IMG/VR virus record: IMGVR_UViG_2713896773_000022
Span: 1 to 13,038 of that record
From: a virus
Lineage: Duplodnaviria > Heunggongvirae > Uroviricota > Caudoviricetes
Length of the DNA stretch: 13,038 bases
Reading direction: 5' to 3' (one strand)
Of this stretch, positions 1 through 6,915 are shown one piece after another. How positions within the stretch are numbered: position 1 is the stretch's first letter; the number at the start of each line of letters is the position of its first letter. The notes under the pieces are model-generated. The model was not told the origin of the DNA, did no database searches, and saw nothing but the letters and a program-made list of their open reading frames with translations. The position numbers were made by a program, and so were the translations under genes.

Positions 1-216
1 CGTTACTTCTCGCAGCGGGTCGGCATAAGCATTGCCACTATCGAAGCTGACGTTGTTTTTTGCCCCGCCTCCTGACAGCAACCACGCCACCGGCTCTGCT
101 TCCAGCGATGCCAGCGCGATACGCGCCAGCGCCGAAGCCTCACCACATTGAACGTGGTCAGTTTCGATAATTTGCTGTAACTGCTCTTTGGTGAATTCTT
201 TGATAATAGTGCTCAT
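1..216 (-). CDS. Hypothetical protein, partial (start codon at 216..214, 3' end beyond window start)
   Basis: ATG at 216..214 preceded by GAGG; open frame runs to position 1 with no stop (72 codons, MSTIIKEFTKEQLQQIIETDHVQCGEASALARIALASLEAEP...). Same strand as and closely downstream of the 102-aa ORF. No recognisable motif. Confidence 0.4.
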   Translation of the reverse strand, partial: MSTIIKEFTKEQLQQIIETDHVQCGEASALARIALASLEAEPVAWLLSGGGAKNNVSFDSGNAYADPLREVT

Positions 217-226
217 GGGTTAGTCC

Positions 227-535
227 TCAATCCCACTGCAAAACAGATGCGAAATATGCACCGCGACAAGGCTCATTCCGTGGATGATGCCAGCCTGAAT
301 ATCCATCTTGACCGCCTATTGGACTGACCTTGTACCAGCACTGGTAATAGCGAGCGCTACTAGCAAAATCAGCTGCGCCATCAGAGTCGATTACATCCTG
401 ATGCACCGATGCCTGAATAATTTCCGATTCGGTGTAATCACCACGCATGACAACAAATCGGGCATCGTCCGAGCAAAGATAATCACATGAGCCGTCATGT
501 TTACCTTTGGTGGTAGGTTTGATTAATTTATCCAT
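227..535 (-). CDS. Hypothetical phage protein (102 aa)
   Basis: ORF from track; ATG at 535..533 lies 1 nt after the TGA of the upstream gene (539..537), with GGGAGAG upstream (translational coupling). No family recognised. Confidence 0.5.
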   Translation of the reverse strand: MDKLIKPTTKGKHDGSCDYLCSDDARFVVMRGDYTESEIIQASVHQDVIDSDGAADFASSARYYQCWYKVSPIGGQDGYSGWHHPRNEPCRGAYFASVLQWD

Positions 536-536
536 C

Positions 537-1100
537 TCACTCTCCCTTCACGCCAATGCCAGCGGCGGTGGCTGATTCTTCATATGCGCGCTTAGCGGCA
601 TTCAGTATTGCTGCCAGTGGCGTATACCCGCCGTCCATTCGGATTGTGTTGTGGATGGTCGCCATCGTGTCTCTCAGCTTGCTATGACTAGCAGACAGCA
701 CTGCAATCCTGTCCTGATAATCAGCAACCATCCGTCGCACTTGTTCCAGTGGTGTAACGCTGCCACCATCTGGCGGATCCATGTACTGAGTGCCTGGTAG
801 GATTTCGCAGAGGGAATTATCCAGCGCCTCAAGTAACGCCTGTTTATCACGTAGCGCTTCTTCCAGTTCAGCAACATGACATTCGCTATCAATGAGGTTG
901 TTCTCTGCTGCTTCCAACTCATCCAGCATCGCCAGCACGGTAGTGGGGTTTGCTGCGGAGTTCAGCGCGTTCAAGGCAGTGATATCTGCATCNNNNNNNN
1001 NNNNNNNNNNNNNNNNNNNNNNNNNNNNNNNNNNNNNNNNNNGTGCGCCAACTGCTGCCGCTGCGATTTCACGCAGCGCCTGTTTGTCGATGTTGCTCAT
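537..1100 (-). CDS. Hypothetical phage protein, coiled-coil-like, interrupted by assembly gap (possibly Ead/Ea22-like; tentative)
   Basis: ORF spans the N-run 993..1042, so the frame across the gap is not verifiable. Start ATG 1100..1098 overlaps the stop of the upstream 90-aa ORF (ATGA). Ala/Leu/Glu-rich middle (LEEALRDKQALLEALD) suggests coiled coil. Confidence 0.4.
   Translation of the reverse strand: MSNIDKQALREIAAAAVGAXXXXXXXXXXXXXXXXXDADITALNALNSAANPTTVLAMLDELEAAENNLIDSECHVAELEEALRDKQALLEALDNSLCEILPGTQYMDPPDGGSVTPLEQVRRMVADYQDRIAVLSASHSKLRDTMATIHNTIRMDGGYTPLAAILNAAKRAYEESATAAGIGVKGE
993..1042. other. Run of 50 N (assembly gap or masked sequence)
   Basis: Directly visible in sequence; true length and content unknown. 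Confidence 0.99.
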
Positions 1101-1369
1101 TGGGCGGTTCCTTCGTAACCGATGGCTTCTGCAATTTCAGCAAGTGTCTCTGCACTTTCACCCACTGGCTCATTCATCCAGTCGAAGGAAACAAGCTTAC
1201 CGCCTTCGATAACGCCGATGTTGAAATCATCACTACCTTGTGTTTTCAGACCATGCTTGATTGCCTTATCGCGCTTATCGAAGTCAACGCCGTCTGTCGT
1301 GTATTCAACTCCATGGCCTTTCTCGTTGCACCACCAGTACTGCTGAATAACGATGTATGATTTTCTCAT
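1097..1369 (-). CDS. Hypothetical phage protein (90 aa)
   Basis: ORF from track; start overlaps the stop of the upstream 174-aa gene and its stop overlaps the start of the downstream gene (ATGA junctions), indicating an operon member. Confidence 0.5.
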   Translation of the reverse strand: MRKSYIVIQQYWWCNEKGHGVEYTTDGVDFDKRDKAIKHGLKTQGSDDFNIGVIEGGKLVSFDWMNEPVGESAETLAEIAEAIGYEGTAQ

Positions 1370-1890
1370 GACTGCACTCCTTTGCGAATCTGCTCCCTGA
1401 ACAAGCGGGCTGAGACGATGATGTCTCTGATGCGTACTGATTTTTCGTCGAACTGCTCACCACCGTTTTTAATATGCGCATCCAGTTCTGCACTGTGATG
1501 CCGAATGAAAGCGTTGAGGTCATGCGCCCGTACTTCAGCCAGGAAAACATCGGTGGCTGGTGTTTTGGCATTCTCCAACGATGCTATTGAATCCTGAGCA
1601 TCACAAAGCCGTAATAGCGCGTCCATTTGCTCGCCGTCAGCGTCATAGCTGAATAGGGCATAGTCATCATGGTGTGCTTCCATATCTTCTGAGGCATGCA
1701 GTATTCCAGCCTTCAGCCCCGCATTCTCCGCTGCCAGCGCATTAGCACGCACCAATTGCACTTCCAGTTGCGTTGCCAAATCGCTGATCAGCTTTGCCAC
1801 ACTGCGCATATCAACGGCACCACATTCTGCTTTCAGTTCCGAAGCCAACGCATGCCCGGCAGCTACGAGTTCTTTGGTTTTGTTGGTCAT
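1366..1890 (-). CDS. Hypothetical phage protein (174 aa), Ala/Leu-rich
   Basis: ORF from track; ATG 1890..1888 overlaps the stop of the upstream gene (ATGA). No enzymatic motif recognised. Confidence 0.55.
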   Translation of the reverse strand: MTNKTKELVAAGHALASELKAECGAVDMRSVAKLISDLATQLEVQLVRANALAAENAGLKAGILHASEDMEAHHDDYALFSYDADGEQMDALLRLCDAQDSIASLENAKTPATDVFLAEVRAHDLNAFIRHHSAELDAHIKNGGEQFDEKSVRIRDIIVSARLFREQIRKGVQS

Positions 1891-2180
1891 GCCGCGTTCT
1901 CCTGATGAATGATTTCCAGATCCAGCTTTTGAGCCAGAGCGTGTTCCGCTTTTGCGCCTGCTGATTTCTGCCAGCCGGACAGCAGGAAAATGCCGTCAGC
2001 GCAGCGGAGCATAGCGAGACAAATATCCATGTACTCTGGCTGGCTCAGGCCATCGGGAAGCGTCGCAGGGTTTAACACCACATGGCCTTCCGACGACAGG
2101 CGCATAGCCTCAAAATGGAACGCAGGGCGGTTAAATTTCGGGATGCCGGTCATTGGCCCAGCAATGTAAATTTTCATCAA
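1887..2180 (-). CDS. DUF4406 / nucleoside 2-deoxyribosyltransferase-like small protein (97 aa)
   Basis: N-terminal MKIYIAGPMTG is the typical start of NDT-like/DUF4406 Rossmann-like proteins (recognised from memory); gene starts 3 nt downstream of the helicase stop, so same operon. Confidence 0.55.
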   Translation of the reverse strand: MMKIYIAGPMTGIPKFNRPAFHFEAMRLSSEGHVVLNPATLPDGLSQPEYMDICLAMLRCADGIFLLSGWQKSAGAKAEHALAQKLDLEIIHQENAA

Positions 2181-3574
2181 AATTCCCTCTTTTTGTTGGG
2201 TCTGGCATCATTCGCGCGGCGTTTCTGCTCAGCAGCAGCCTGGTCACAGTCGTAGATCGCACCGTTGCGCTGGTCGCAATACACAACGCCGGTCGGGCCG
2301 TGGCGGTTCAGGCGCAACAGCAATTCGGTAGCCGCCTGATCTGCGTTTTCGTCGTATGCGCCTTCGCGGTAGATGCCGATCCAGTAATCACAATCCTGCT
2401 CAATCTGCCCGGTGTCGCGGGAATCACTCGGCATCGGGCGTTTGTTAGTGCGCTTCTCCAGATCACGGTTCAGCTGGGTAAGCAGCACCACGATGCAGTT
2501 CAGTTCCTTCGCCAGGTTCTTCAGCCCCTTCGTGATAATCCCGTAGGCCAGGTCGTTACGGTCAGCCTTGTCGGCGGTCATCAGGGTCAGATAGTCCACC
2601 AGCACCATGCCGACAGCGCCGCGTTCGCGTTTGATGCGACGTGACTCTGCGACGATATGCGCCAGCGTGATCCCGGGCGTGTCGTCGACGTACAGGTTTC
2701 CGTTCTGGGCCAGCCGTCCAGCGGCAGCAAAGGCCATTGCGACTTTTGTGTCGTCGTACCGATCGCCATAAAACACATCGGTATTTACGCGGCTCACCTG
2801 CCCCACCATGCGCTCCACAATCTGCTTATCCGGCATTTCGAGGCTAAACATCAGCGCGGGGAGCTGCTCAACTTCGGCACAGTTGACGGCCAGCTGGCTA
2901 TACAGCGTGGTTTTACCCATCTTCGGACGTGCGCCGATCACCATCAGAGCGCCTTTAACCAGTCCTTTCGGTTGCAGCAGGTCATCCAGCGAGCCAATCC
3001 CCGTCGACAGTCCACGCGTTGCGTCTGAGTCGCTCCAGCGCGCTTCCACCTCGTCCACCCAGTCGCCCATCACTTCCGAAAACTCGCGGAGCCCCCGGCG
3101 GTTACCGGTTTTCGCGTAGTCAGCGATATCAGTGAACAGGGTCTGAATAGCGTCAAACTTCTGGCTGGTGGTCATCCCGTTGCGGGAATACAGCAGCTCG
3201 GTGGCGCTGTTCAGCTTGTCAATGCCGTAACGCTCCATGGCTTTCTCGCGCACCAGCATGGCGTAGTGAACGATGTTCGCCGCGCTGGGAGTGTTTTTGG
3301 ATATCTCGGCCATGTAAGCGAAGCCACCAGCCTGCTCGCCAAGCCCTTTAGATTCCAGCGACTCAATCAGGGTGATCAGGTCGATAGGCTTCTGGTTGGC
3401 TGCCAGCTCCCGCATCTCGGCGAAAATCACCTGGTGGGGGCGGATGTAGAACGATTCTGGTTTGAGCATCGACATGGCGGTCTGGCAGCGATCGCTACCG
3501 CTATCCAGCATCATGCCGCCCAGCACACTTTGTTCGGCTTCGATGTTCTGCGGGATCATGTTCATGTCGGTCAT
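2177..3574 (-). CDS. dnaB: Replicative DNA helicase, DnaB family (phage-encoded, 465 aa)
   Basis: N-terminal IEAEQSVLGGMMLD motif, Walker A GARPKMGKTT, Walker B-like MVLVDYLTLM, overall DnaB architecture; start ATG 3574..3572 overlaps the stop of the O-like gene (ATGA). Confidence 0.9.
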   Translation of the reverse strand: MTDMNMIPQNIEAEQSVLGGMMLDSGSDRCQTAMSMLKPESFYIRPHQVIFAEMRELAANQKPIDLITLIESLESKGLGEQAGGFAYMAEISKNTPSAANIVHYAMLVREKAMERYGIDKLNSATELLYSRNGMTTSQKFDAIQTLFTDIADYAKTGNRRGLREFSEVMGDWVDEVEARWSDSDATRGLSTGIGSLDDLLQPKGLVKGALMVIGARPKMGKTTLYSQLAVNCAEVEQLPALMFSLEMPDKQIVERMVGQVSRVNTDVFYGDRYDDTKVAMAFAAAGRLAQNGNLYVDDTPGITLAHIVAESRRIKRERGAVGMVLVDYLTLMTADKADRNDLAYGIITKGLKNLAKELNCIVVLLTQLNRDLEKRTNKRPMPSDSRDTGQIEQDCDYWIGIYREGAYDENADQAATELLLRLNRHGPTGVVYCDQRNGAIYDCDQAAAEQKRRANDARPNKKREF

Positions 3575-4461
3575 AGCGCTTTCTCCCTGGTTTTCAGCAG
3601 GGTGTCAGAGCGCAACAGATAATCGAAACTGGCGCGCCAGCCTCTGTCGTTCTCACCGAAGTAAAACTTTGGTGCTCGCTCAGCGAAAGCGGCGAAGTAA
3701 TTCTCCACCGCCTCGACGGTTGGCTCTTTCAGTTCGGTCAGCAGGCGTTTGATAGCACGGCGACGTTTGTCGTTTAGTGCCTCTGCCTGGGGAAGGCGGT
3801 CTCCCAGGGTGGTGTTGTATGCAGACAGCACCGCCTGGTAGTCGATCTGAGTTTTCTTTGTGACAGGTTTTTCTTCCTGCCCGACACACTCCCCCTCTGG
3901 GGGTAGGGGGGTATTGTTTATTGTCTTTTGTATATTGTCTTTTGTGGTTAGCAGATCCTGCTTAGTTTTAAAAGCAGATTCTGCTAAGGTTTCACCATCA
4001 TCCTTAGCACCTTCCGCTAATGTTTCCTTAGCACTTTCAGCTAAGTTTTTATTAGCAACTTCCGCTAAAGAATCCTTAGCAGGTTTAGCTAATGTTTTGC
4101 AGAATCCGTTAATCTTTGTTTTCCACTCGATGATGCTGGTATTCATACCCACGCTACGCCCCTCCTGGACCAAGACTTTTTTGGCAACAAGCTGATTTTT
4201 TGCAGTCGAACAGTGTGTGTGATGCTTGGCAATCATCTGCTCAAGCTGGTCATTGCTAACCCAGTCCATCTTCTTGTTGTAGCCGTACGTCTTGCGCCAA
4301 ACAGCGAGGACGACACACAGCTCTGTTTCGCTTAGTCCGGATGCCATGACAGCATCGAGAAGCTCATTAGCAACACGAGTAAAACCATCTTCCAGCTGCG
4401 CCACGCGATGCTCCACGACCTCCAGCGGCGGCCTGTAGTCTGCTAACTTAACGACGCCCAT
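3571..4461 (-). CDS. Replication initiation protein, lambda O-like N-terminal domain (296 aa)
   Basis: N-terminus (FTRVANELLDAVMASGLSETELCVVLAVWRKTYGYNKKMDWVSNDQLEQM) parallels lambda O (LKRQFKVLLAILRKTYGWNKPMDRITDSQLSE, from memory); internal 8-aa protein repeats coincide with DNA iterons; immediately followed by the helicase gene. Confidence 0.85.
   Translation of the reverse strand: MGVVKLADYRPPLEVVEHRVAQLEDGFTRVANELLDAVMASGLSETELCVVLAVWRKTYGYNKKMDWVSNDQLEQMIAKHHTHCSTAKNQLVAKKVLVQEGRSVGMNTSIIEWKTKINGFCKTLAKPAKDSLAEVANKNLAESAKETLAEGAKDDGETLAESAFKTKQDLLTTKDNIQKTINNTPLPPEGECVGQEEKPVTKKTQIDYQAVLSAYNTTLGDRLPQAEALNDKRRRAIKRLLTELKEPTVEAVENYFAAFAERAPKFYFGENDRGWRASFDYLLRSDTLLKTREKAL
3891..3960. 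promoter_or_regulatory. AT-rich tract with a duplicated 12-bp motif, plus a C5-TCT-G5 palindrome, next to the iterons (putative unwinding element of an ori)
   Basis: attgtcttttgt occurs at 3930..3941 and 3944..3955; ccccctctggggg at 3891..3903 is followed by tagggggg. Lies on the downstream side of the iterons relative to O-gene transcription, as in lambda ori. Confidence 0.45.
4001..4096. repeat. Four tandem imperfect 24-bp direct repeats (iteron-like) inside the O-like gene
   Basis: tccttagcaccttccgctaatgtt / tccttagcactttcagctaagttt / ttattagcaacttccgctaaagaa / tccttagcaggtttagctaatgtt at 4001, 4025, 4049, 4073. Lambda ori has the same arrangement of iterons within the O gene. Confidence 0.7.
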
Positions 4462-4612
4462 TTTTCACTCCCGACGTAGCGAGAGCCAGACGGATCACGC
4501 CAACAAGACGTTCGGCGAACGCCCTGTTTTTTGACGCGGCAACCACCAGCCCGTCAGGGGAATCCTGAAGGCGTCGTTCCTCATTTTCCTGGTACTTTTT
4601 GCTCTTTGGCAT
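4448..4612 (-). CDS. Possible small basic ORF (54 aa), uncertain
   Basis: ATG at 4612..4610 with GAGG about 9 nt upstream; ends at TAA 4450..4448, overlapping the O-like start by 14 nt. Arg/Lys-rich (MPKSKKYQENEERRLQD...). Below the length cut-off of the ORF track; could be non-coding leader. Confidence 0.2.
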   Translation of the reverse strand: MPKSKKYQENEERRLQDSPDGLVVAASKNRAFAERLVGVIRLALATSGVKNGRR

Positions 4613-4690
4613 TAGAATTAACCTCGCAATTTACTGACGTTTGTTGCACCTGAGAGCCGCTTGTGTTCGTGCACAGCGGCTTTCGCCTTT

Positions 4691-4945
4691 TCAGAACAGG
4701 CCCGGCTGGGCGTTCCGTTTAACTTTTCGCTTCTCAAAGCGGTCAGCGGGTAACTGCTGCTTCTCCGCCCACAGTTTTGCGTGCCGTAAAACATCATCAA
4801 AAATCTTCCCCTTTCTGCTTACCTGGCTCATGCGCTTGTACATGTCGATAGCCTGGAACGCCCCCCCCTGAGCCACACCCAGAGAGAAACCGAGCTTCAG
4901 CAGTTCTTCACGCACATGCTTTTCGATGAATTCGATATGGTTCAT
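4691..4945 (-). CDS. Hypothetical protein (84 aa) between cII-like and O-like genes
   Basis: ORF from track; ATG 4945..4943 lies 3 nt after the cII-like stop with a GGTGGGA RBS; no family recognised. Confidence 0.55.
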   Translation of the reverse strand: MNHIEFIEKHVREELLKLGFSLGVAQGGAFQAIDMYKRMSQVSRKGKIFDDVLRHAKLWAEKQQLPADRFEKRKVKRNAQPGLF

Positions 4946-4948
4946 GGT

Positions 4949-5269
4949 TTAATCCCACCCCAGCGGCCCCGGCCTTGCCCGTTCGGCTTTCAGCCCGATA
5001 TCAGCGAGCGTTTCGACTGAGGCCAGATATTCACGCGATACCAGCACTGCTTCCGGTGGTGCGGCCTGAATCCCCAGGAAGGCCAGCTCTTTCGCCATGG
5101 TGCTGAAATGCCCTTCGGCTTTACGCCTGCTGGCTGTCGACTCGCTGATGCCCATATGCTCGGCGTAAGACTTCTGGCCCACTGATGCAAGCCGGTTGAG
5201 CAGGACGCTTTCGATCTCAACCGGATTGATAACTGGCGGGTCTAACTTTCGTGCGATTGCGTTCTCCAT
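4949..5269 (-). CDS. cII: CII-like transcriptional activator (106 aa)
   Basis: IESVLLNRLASVGQKSYAEHMGISESTASRRKAE parallels lambda CII IESALLNKIAMLGTEKTAEAVGVDKSQISRWKRD (from memory); sits directly downstream of the cro-like gene as in lambdoid phages. Confidence 0.7.
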   Translation of the reverse strand: MENAIARKLDPPVINPVEIESVLLNRLASVGQKSYAEHMGISESTASRRKAEGHFSTMAKELAFLGIQAAPPEAVLVSREYLASVETLADIGLKAERARPGPLGWD

Positions 5270-5310
5270 GGGTGATAATCCTCATAAAGTGAGTTACGCC
5301 ACTGGTTTGA

Positions 5311-5550
5311 CTAAATGGCGTGGTTATTTGGATGTGGAAAAATGGATGGAAGATCAGGCCGAAATTCGTATGCCTGAATCTCTCCGTTAACGGCATTAAC
5401 AAGGTCTGGGACATGAACAGGAGAAATACGCTTCTTCCCGTTCAACCAATCACAGATCGTTGATTGAGCCTTTCCACAGCGTTTAGCTAACTCTTTCTGA
5501 CTACCGACAAGGGCAATCGCTTTTTCTACTGCGGGGTTCTTCATAATCAC
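5311..5550 (-). CDS. cro: Cro-like / YdaS-family HTH regulator (79 aa)
   Basis: Divergent from the CI-like repressor across an operator region; AIALVGSQKELAKRCGKAQSTICDWLNGKKRISPVHVPDLVNAVNGEIQAYEFRPDL resembles Rac YdaS/Cro-like DUF1019 proteins (from memory). Confidence 0.7.
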   Translation of the reverse strand: MIMKNPAVEKAIALVGSQKELAKRCGKAQSTICDWLNGKKRISPVHVPDLVNAVNGEIQAYEFRPDLPSIFPHPNNHAI

Positions 5551-5565
5551 CTCAGCTATCAGTTT

Positions 5566-5640
5566 AAAGCGATTATGTATATCACTTTAGCGATTGTCAA
5601 TCGCCTATGCGATTCTTTGCCAAACAATCGCCTTGGCGAT
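5566..5640. promoter_or_regulatory. OR-like operator cluster (palindromes built on GCGATTG / CAATCGC)
   Basis: Perfect 15-bp palindrome GCGATTGTCAATCGC at 5590..5604; inverted half-sites GCGATT(5609..5614)/AATCGC(5626..5631); inverted arms ATCGCC-TT-GGCGAT at 5627..5640; isolated half-site AGCGATT at 5568..5574. Located between divergent repressor and cro-like genes. Confidence 0.55.
5572..5600 (-). promoter_or_regulatory. pR-like sigma70 promoter for the cro-like operon
   Basis: On the minus strand: TTGACA (plus coords 5600..5595), 17-bp spacer, CATAAT (5577..5572), about 20 nt upstream of the cro-like ATG at 5550. The -35 lies inside the palindrome GCGATTGTCAATCGC. Confidence 0.55.
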
Positions 5641-5645
5641 ACTAT
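5617..5645 (+). promoter_or_regulatory. Candidate sigma70 promoter for the CI-like repressor (pRM-like)
   Basis: TTGCCA (5617..5622), 17-bp spacer, TACTAT (5640..5645), followed by RBS AAGAGG and ATG at 5673; the spacer contains the operator arms at 5627..5640. Confidence 0.45.
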
Positions 5646-5672
5646 TTAAAGAGGACTTAAAAAGAGGCTTTT

Positions 5673-6365
5673 ATGGGATTCTCAGAACGCTTAGGGCACG
5701 CAATGGACGTCGCTGGATACACGCAGGCTAGGCTGGCGAAAGATGTAGGCATGGCTCAGTCCAGCGTAAATAAGTTACTTAAAGGTGCGAACGGCTCACG
5801 AAAAACAGTAGAGATCGCATCTGTTCTGGGTGTGCGTCCTGAATGGCTTTCAACGGGGCAAGGTGAGATGTTGGAATCTGGCATTCGCGAAGCAAACACG
5901 CTATGCCAAATTAAACCAGTTATGAATGAGGTTTACCGCGTGGATGTGCTTGACGTTAAGGCCAGCGCCGGTCCTGGCTCGCTAGTTACCAGTGATTTTA
6001 TCGAAACCATAAGAGCAATCGAATACACAACTGAACAGGCTCGCGCACTTTTCGGAAACCGCCCCGCAGATAATGTAAAAGTTATCACTGTTAACGGCGA
6101 CAGCATGGATGGAACCATCTCACCAGGAGATCAAATTTTTGTTGATACTGGCGTGACTCATTTTGATGGTGATGGCGTTTACGTATTTGTGTTCGGAAAA
6201 ACTCTGCACGTCAAAAGACTTCAGATGCAAAGAGATCGGCTTGCTGTCATCTCAGACAACCCTATCTACGAGAAATGGTATGTTGAGTCAGAAGACGAAG
6301 ATCAGTTCTACGTAATGGCTAAAGTGCTACTAAGACAATCAATAGAGTACAAGCGCTTCGCATAA
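5673..6365 (+). CDS. cI: CI-type phage repressor: N-terminal XRE-family HTH plus C-terminal S24 (LexA-like) autopeptidase domain (230 aa)
   Basis: HTH region YTQARLAKDVGMAQSSVNKLLKG; S24 domain with Ser in VNGDSMDGTISPGD and Lys in HVKRLQ, and an Ala-Gly bond in KASAGPGS as candidate autocleavage site; lower GC than neighbours; divergent from the cro-like gene. Confidence 0.9.
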   Translation: MGFSERLGHAMDVAGYTQARLAKDVGMAQSSVNKLLKGANGSRKTVEIASVLGVRPEWLSTGQGEMLESGIREANTLCQIKPVMNEVYRVDVLDVKASAGPGSLVTSDFIETIRAIEYTTEQARALFGNRPADNVKVITVNGDSMDGTISPGDQIFVDTGVTHFDGDGVYVFVFGKTLHVKRLQMQRDRLAVISDNPIYEKWYVESEDEDQFYVMAKVLLRQSIEYKRFA

Positions 6366-6366
6366 A

Positions 6367-6389
6367 CCCGGCTTGCCGGGTTTTTTATT
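6367..6389 (+). terminator. Rho-independent terminator after the cI-like gene
   Basis: CCCGG-CTTG-CCGGG hairpin (6367..6380) directly followed by TTTTTTATT; starts 2 nt after the cI stop. Confidence 0.7.
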
Positions 6390-6482
6390 GTTCCTGACCT
6401 GATTAAAATTCCCCCAATTCCTTCGCTAATATCATTTCATCGCACATTTCCCAATCAAATAAATAATCTTATAAATCATAAA

Positions 6483-6555
6483 ATTATCGCTTTAGCTAAA
6501 TAAATTATCGTTTAAGCGATTGACTCAAATAATCGCTTTAGCTATTGTTAGCTCA
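6483..6555. promoter_or_regulatory. OL-like operator repeats sharing the OR motif
   Basis: attatcgctttagcta (6483..), tttaagcgattgactc (6511..), aataatcgctttagctattg (6531..); the tttagcgattg-type motif also occurs in the cro/cI intergenic region at 5586..5596. Confidence 0.45.
6520..6548 (+). promoter_or_regulatory. Candidate pL-like sigma70 promoter
   Basis: TTGACT (6520..6525), 17-bp spacer, TATTGT (6543..6548), embedded in the operator-like repeats and pointing into the downstream plus-strand operon. Confidence 0.4.
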
Positions 6556-6628
6556 TCCAAACAACGCATTCAAACGCGAATGCCCTGGTAAAAGTTCTGG
6601 CAGCCGGGAAGACGGCAAGGGGATGAGA

Positions 6629-6718
6629 ATGGAAAAGGCATACGAGGAATATTTCGAAAGTCTGGCTGAAGGTGAAGTAGCGCTCAGCTTCGCAGAATTC
6701 GTGGAGGCTATTTCATGA
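6629..6718 (+). CDS. Possible very small ORF (29 aa; alternative start at 6623), uncertain
   Basis: MEKAYEEYFESLAEGEVALSFAEFVEAIS; AAGGGG/GGGGATGAGA upstream; its stop TGA (6716..6718) overlaps the ATG of the next ORF (6715), suggesting coupling. Too short to assess coding potential. Confidence 0.25.
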   Translation: MEKAYEEYFESLAEGEVALSFAEFVEAIS

Positions 6719-6915
6719 AAGCTGCTAACCCAGTACCAAATAACGGTCGTGCTGTCGTAATGCGCAACAGCCGCACCGGCGCAGCATGGCAGGTTTCCTA
6801 CGACTACCGCGACGGCACCTACTGGCACGAACCGCAGGGCAACCTGCGCAACATTCGACGCCCTTATGCCTCACGCACCATCGAACCAAATCTTGTGCCT
6901 GCGGGGACTCACTGA
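6715..6915 (+). CDS. Hypothetical small protein (66 aa)
   Basis: Strong RBS GGAGG 8 nt upstream of ATG 6715; stop TGA 6913..6915 overlaps the next ATG (TGATG). No motif recognised; not arginine-rich like N antiterminators. Confidence 0.5.
   Translation: MKAANPVPNNGRAVVMRNSRTGAAWQVSYDYRDGTYWHEPQGNLRNIRRPYASRTIEPNLVPAGTH

Noticed and set aside
2153-2644. 163-aa plus-strand ORF inside the DnaB-like helicase gene
   Set aside because: Antisense to a high-confidence helicase gene; no independent evidence.
3164-3171. Chi site (GCTGGTGG) on the plus strand inside the helicase gene, with reverse-complement copies at 3324, 4543, 8200 and 11193
   Set aside because: An 8-mer that is frequent in enterobacterial-type sequence; with no orientation bias I can evaluate by eye, this is not informative.
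4001-4096. Possibility that the 24-bp tandem repeats are a CRISPR array
   Set aside because: The repeats are contiguous with no spacers, are imperfect, and lie in frame within the O-like coding sequence; this is iteron-type origin architecture.
4618-4800. 60-aa minus-strand ORF overlapping the 84-aa gene in another frame
   Set aside because: Overlaps a better-supported, operon-coupled ORF and has no RBS; likely spurious.
6715-6915. 66-aa first pL-operon protein as an N-type antiterminator
   Set aside because: Lacks the N-terminal arginine-rich motif characteristic of lambda and P22 N proteins; left as hypothetical.
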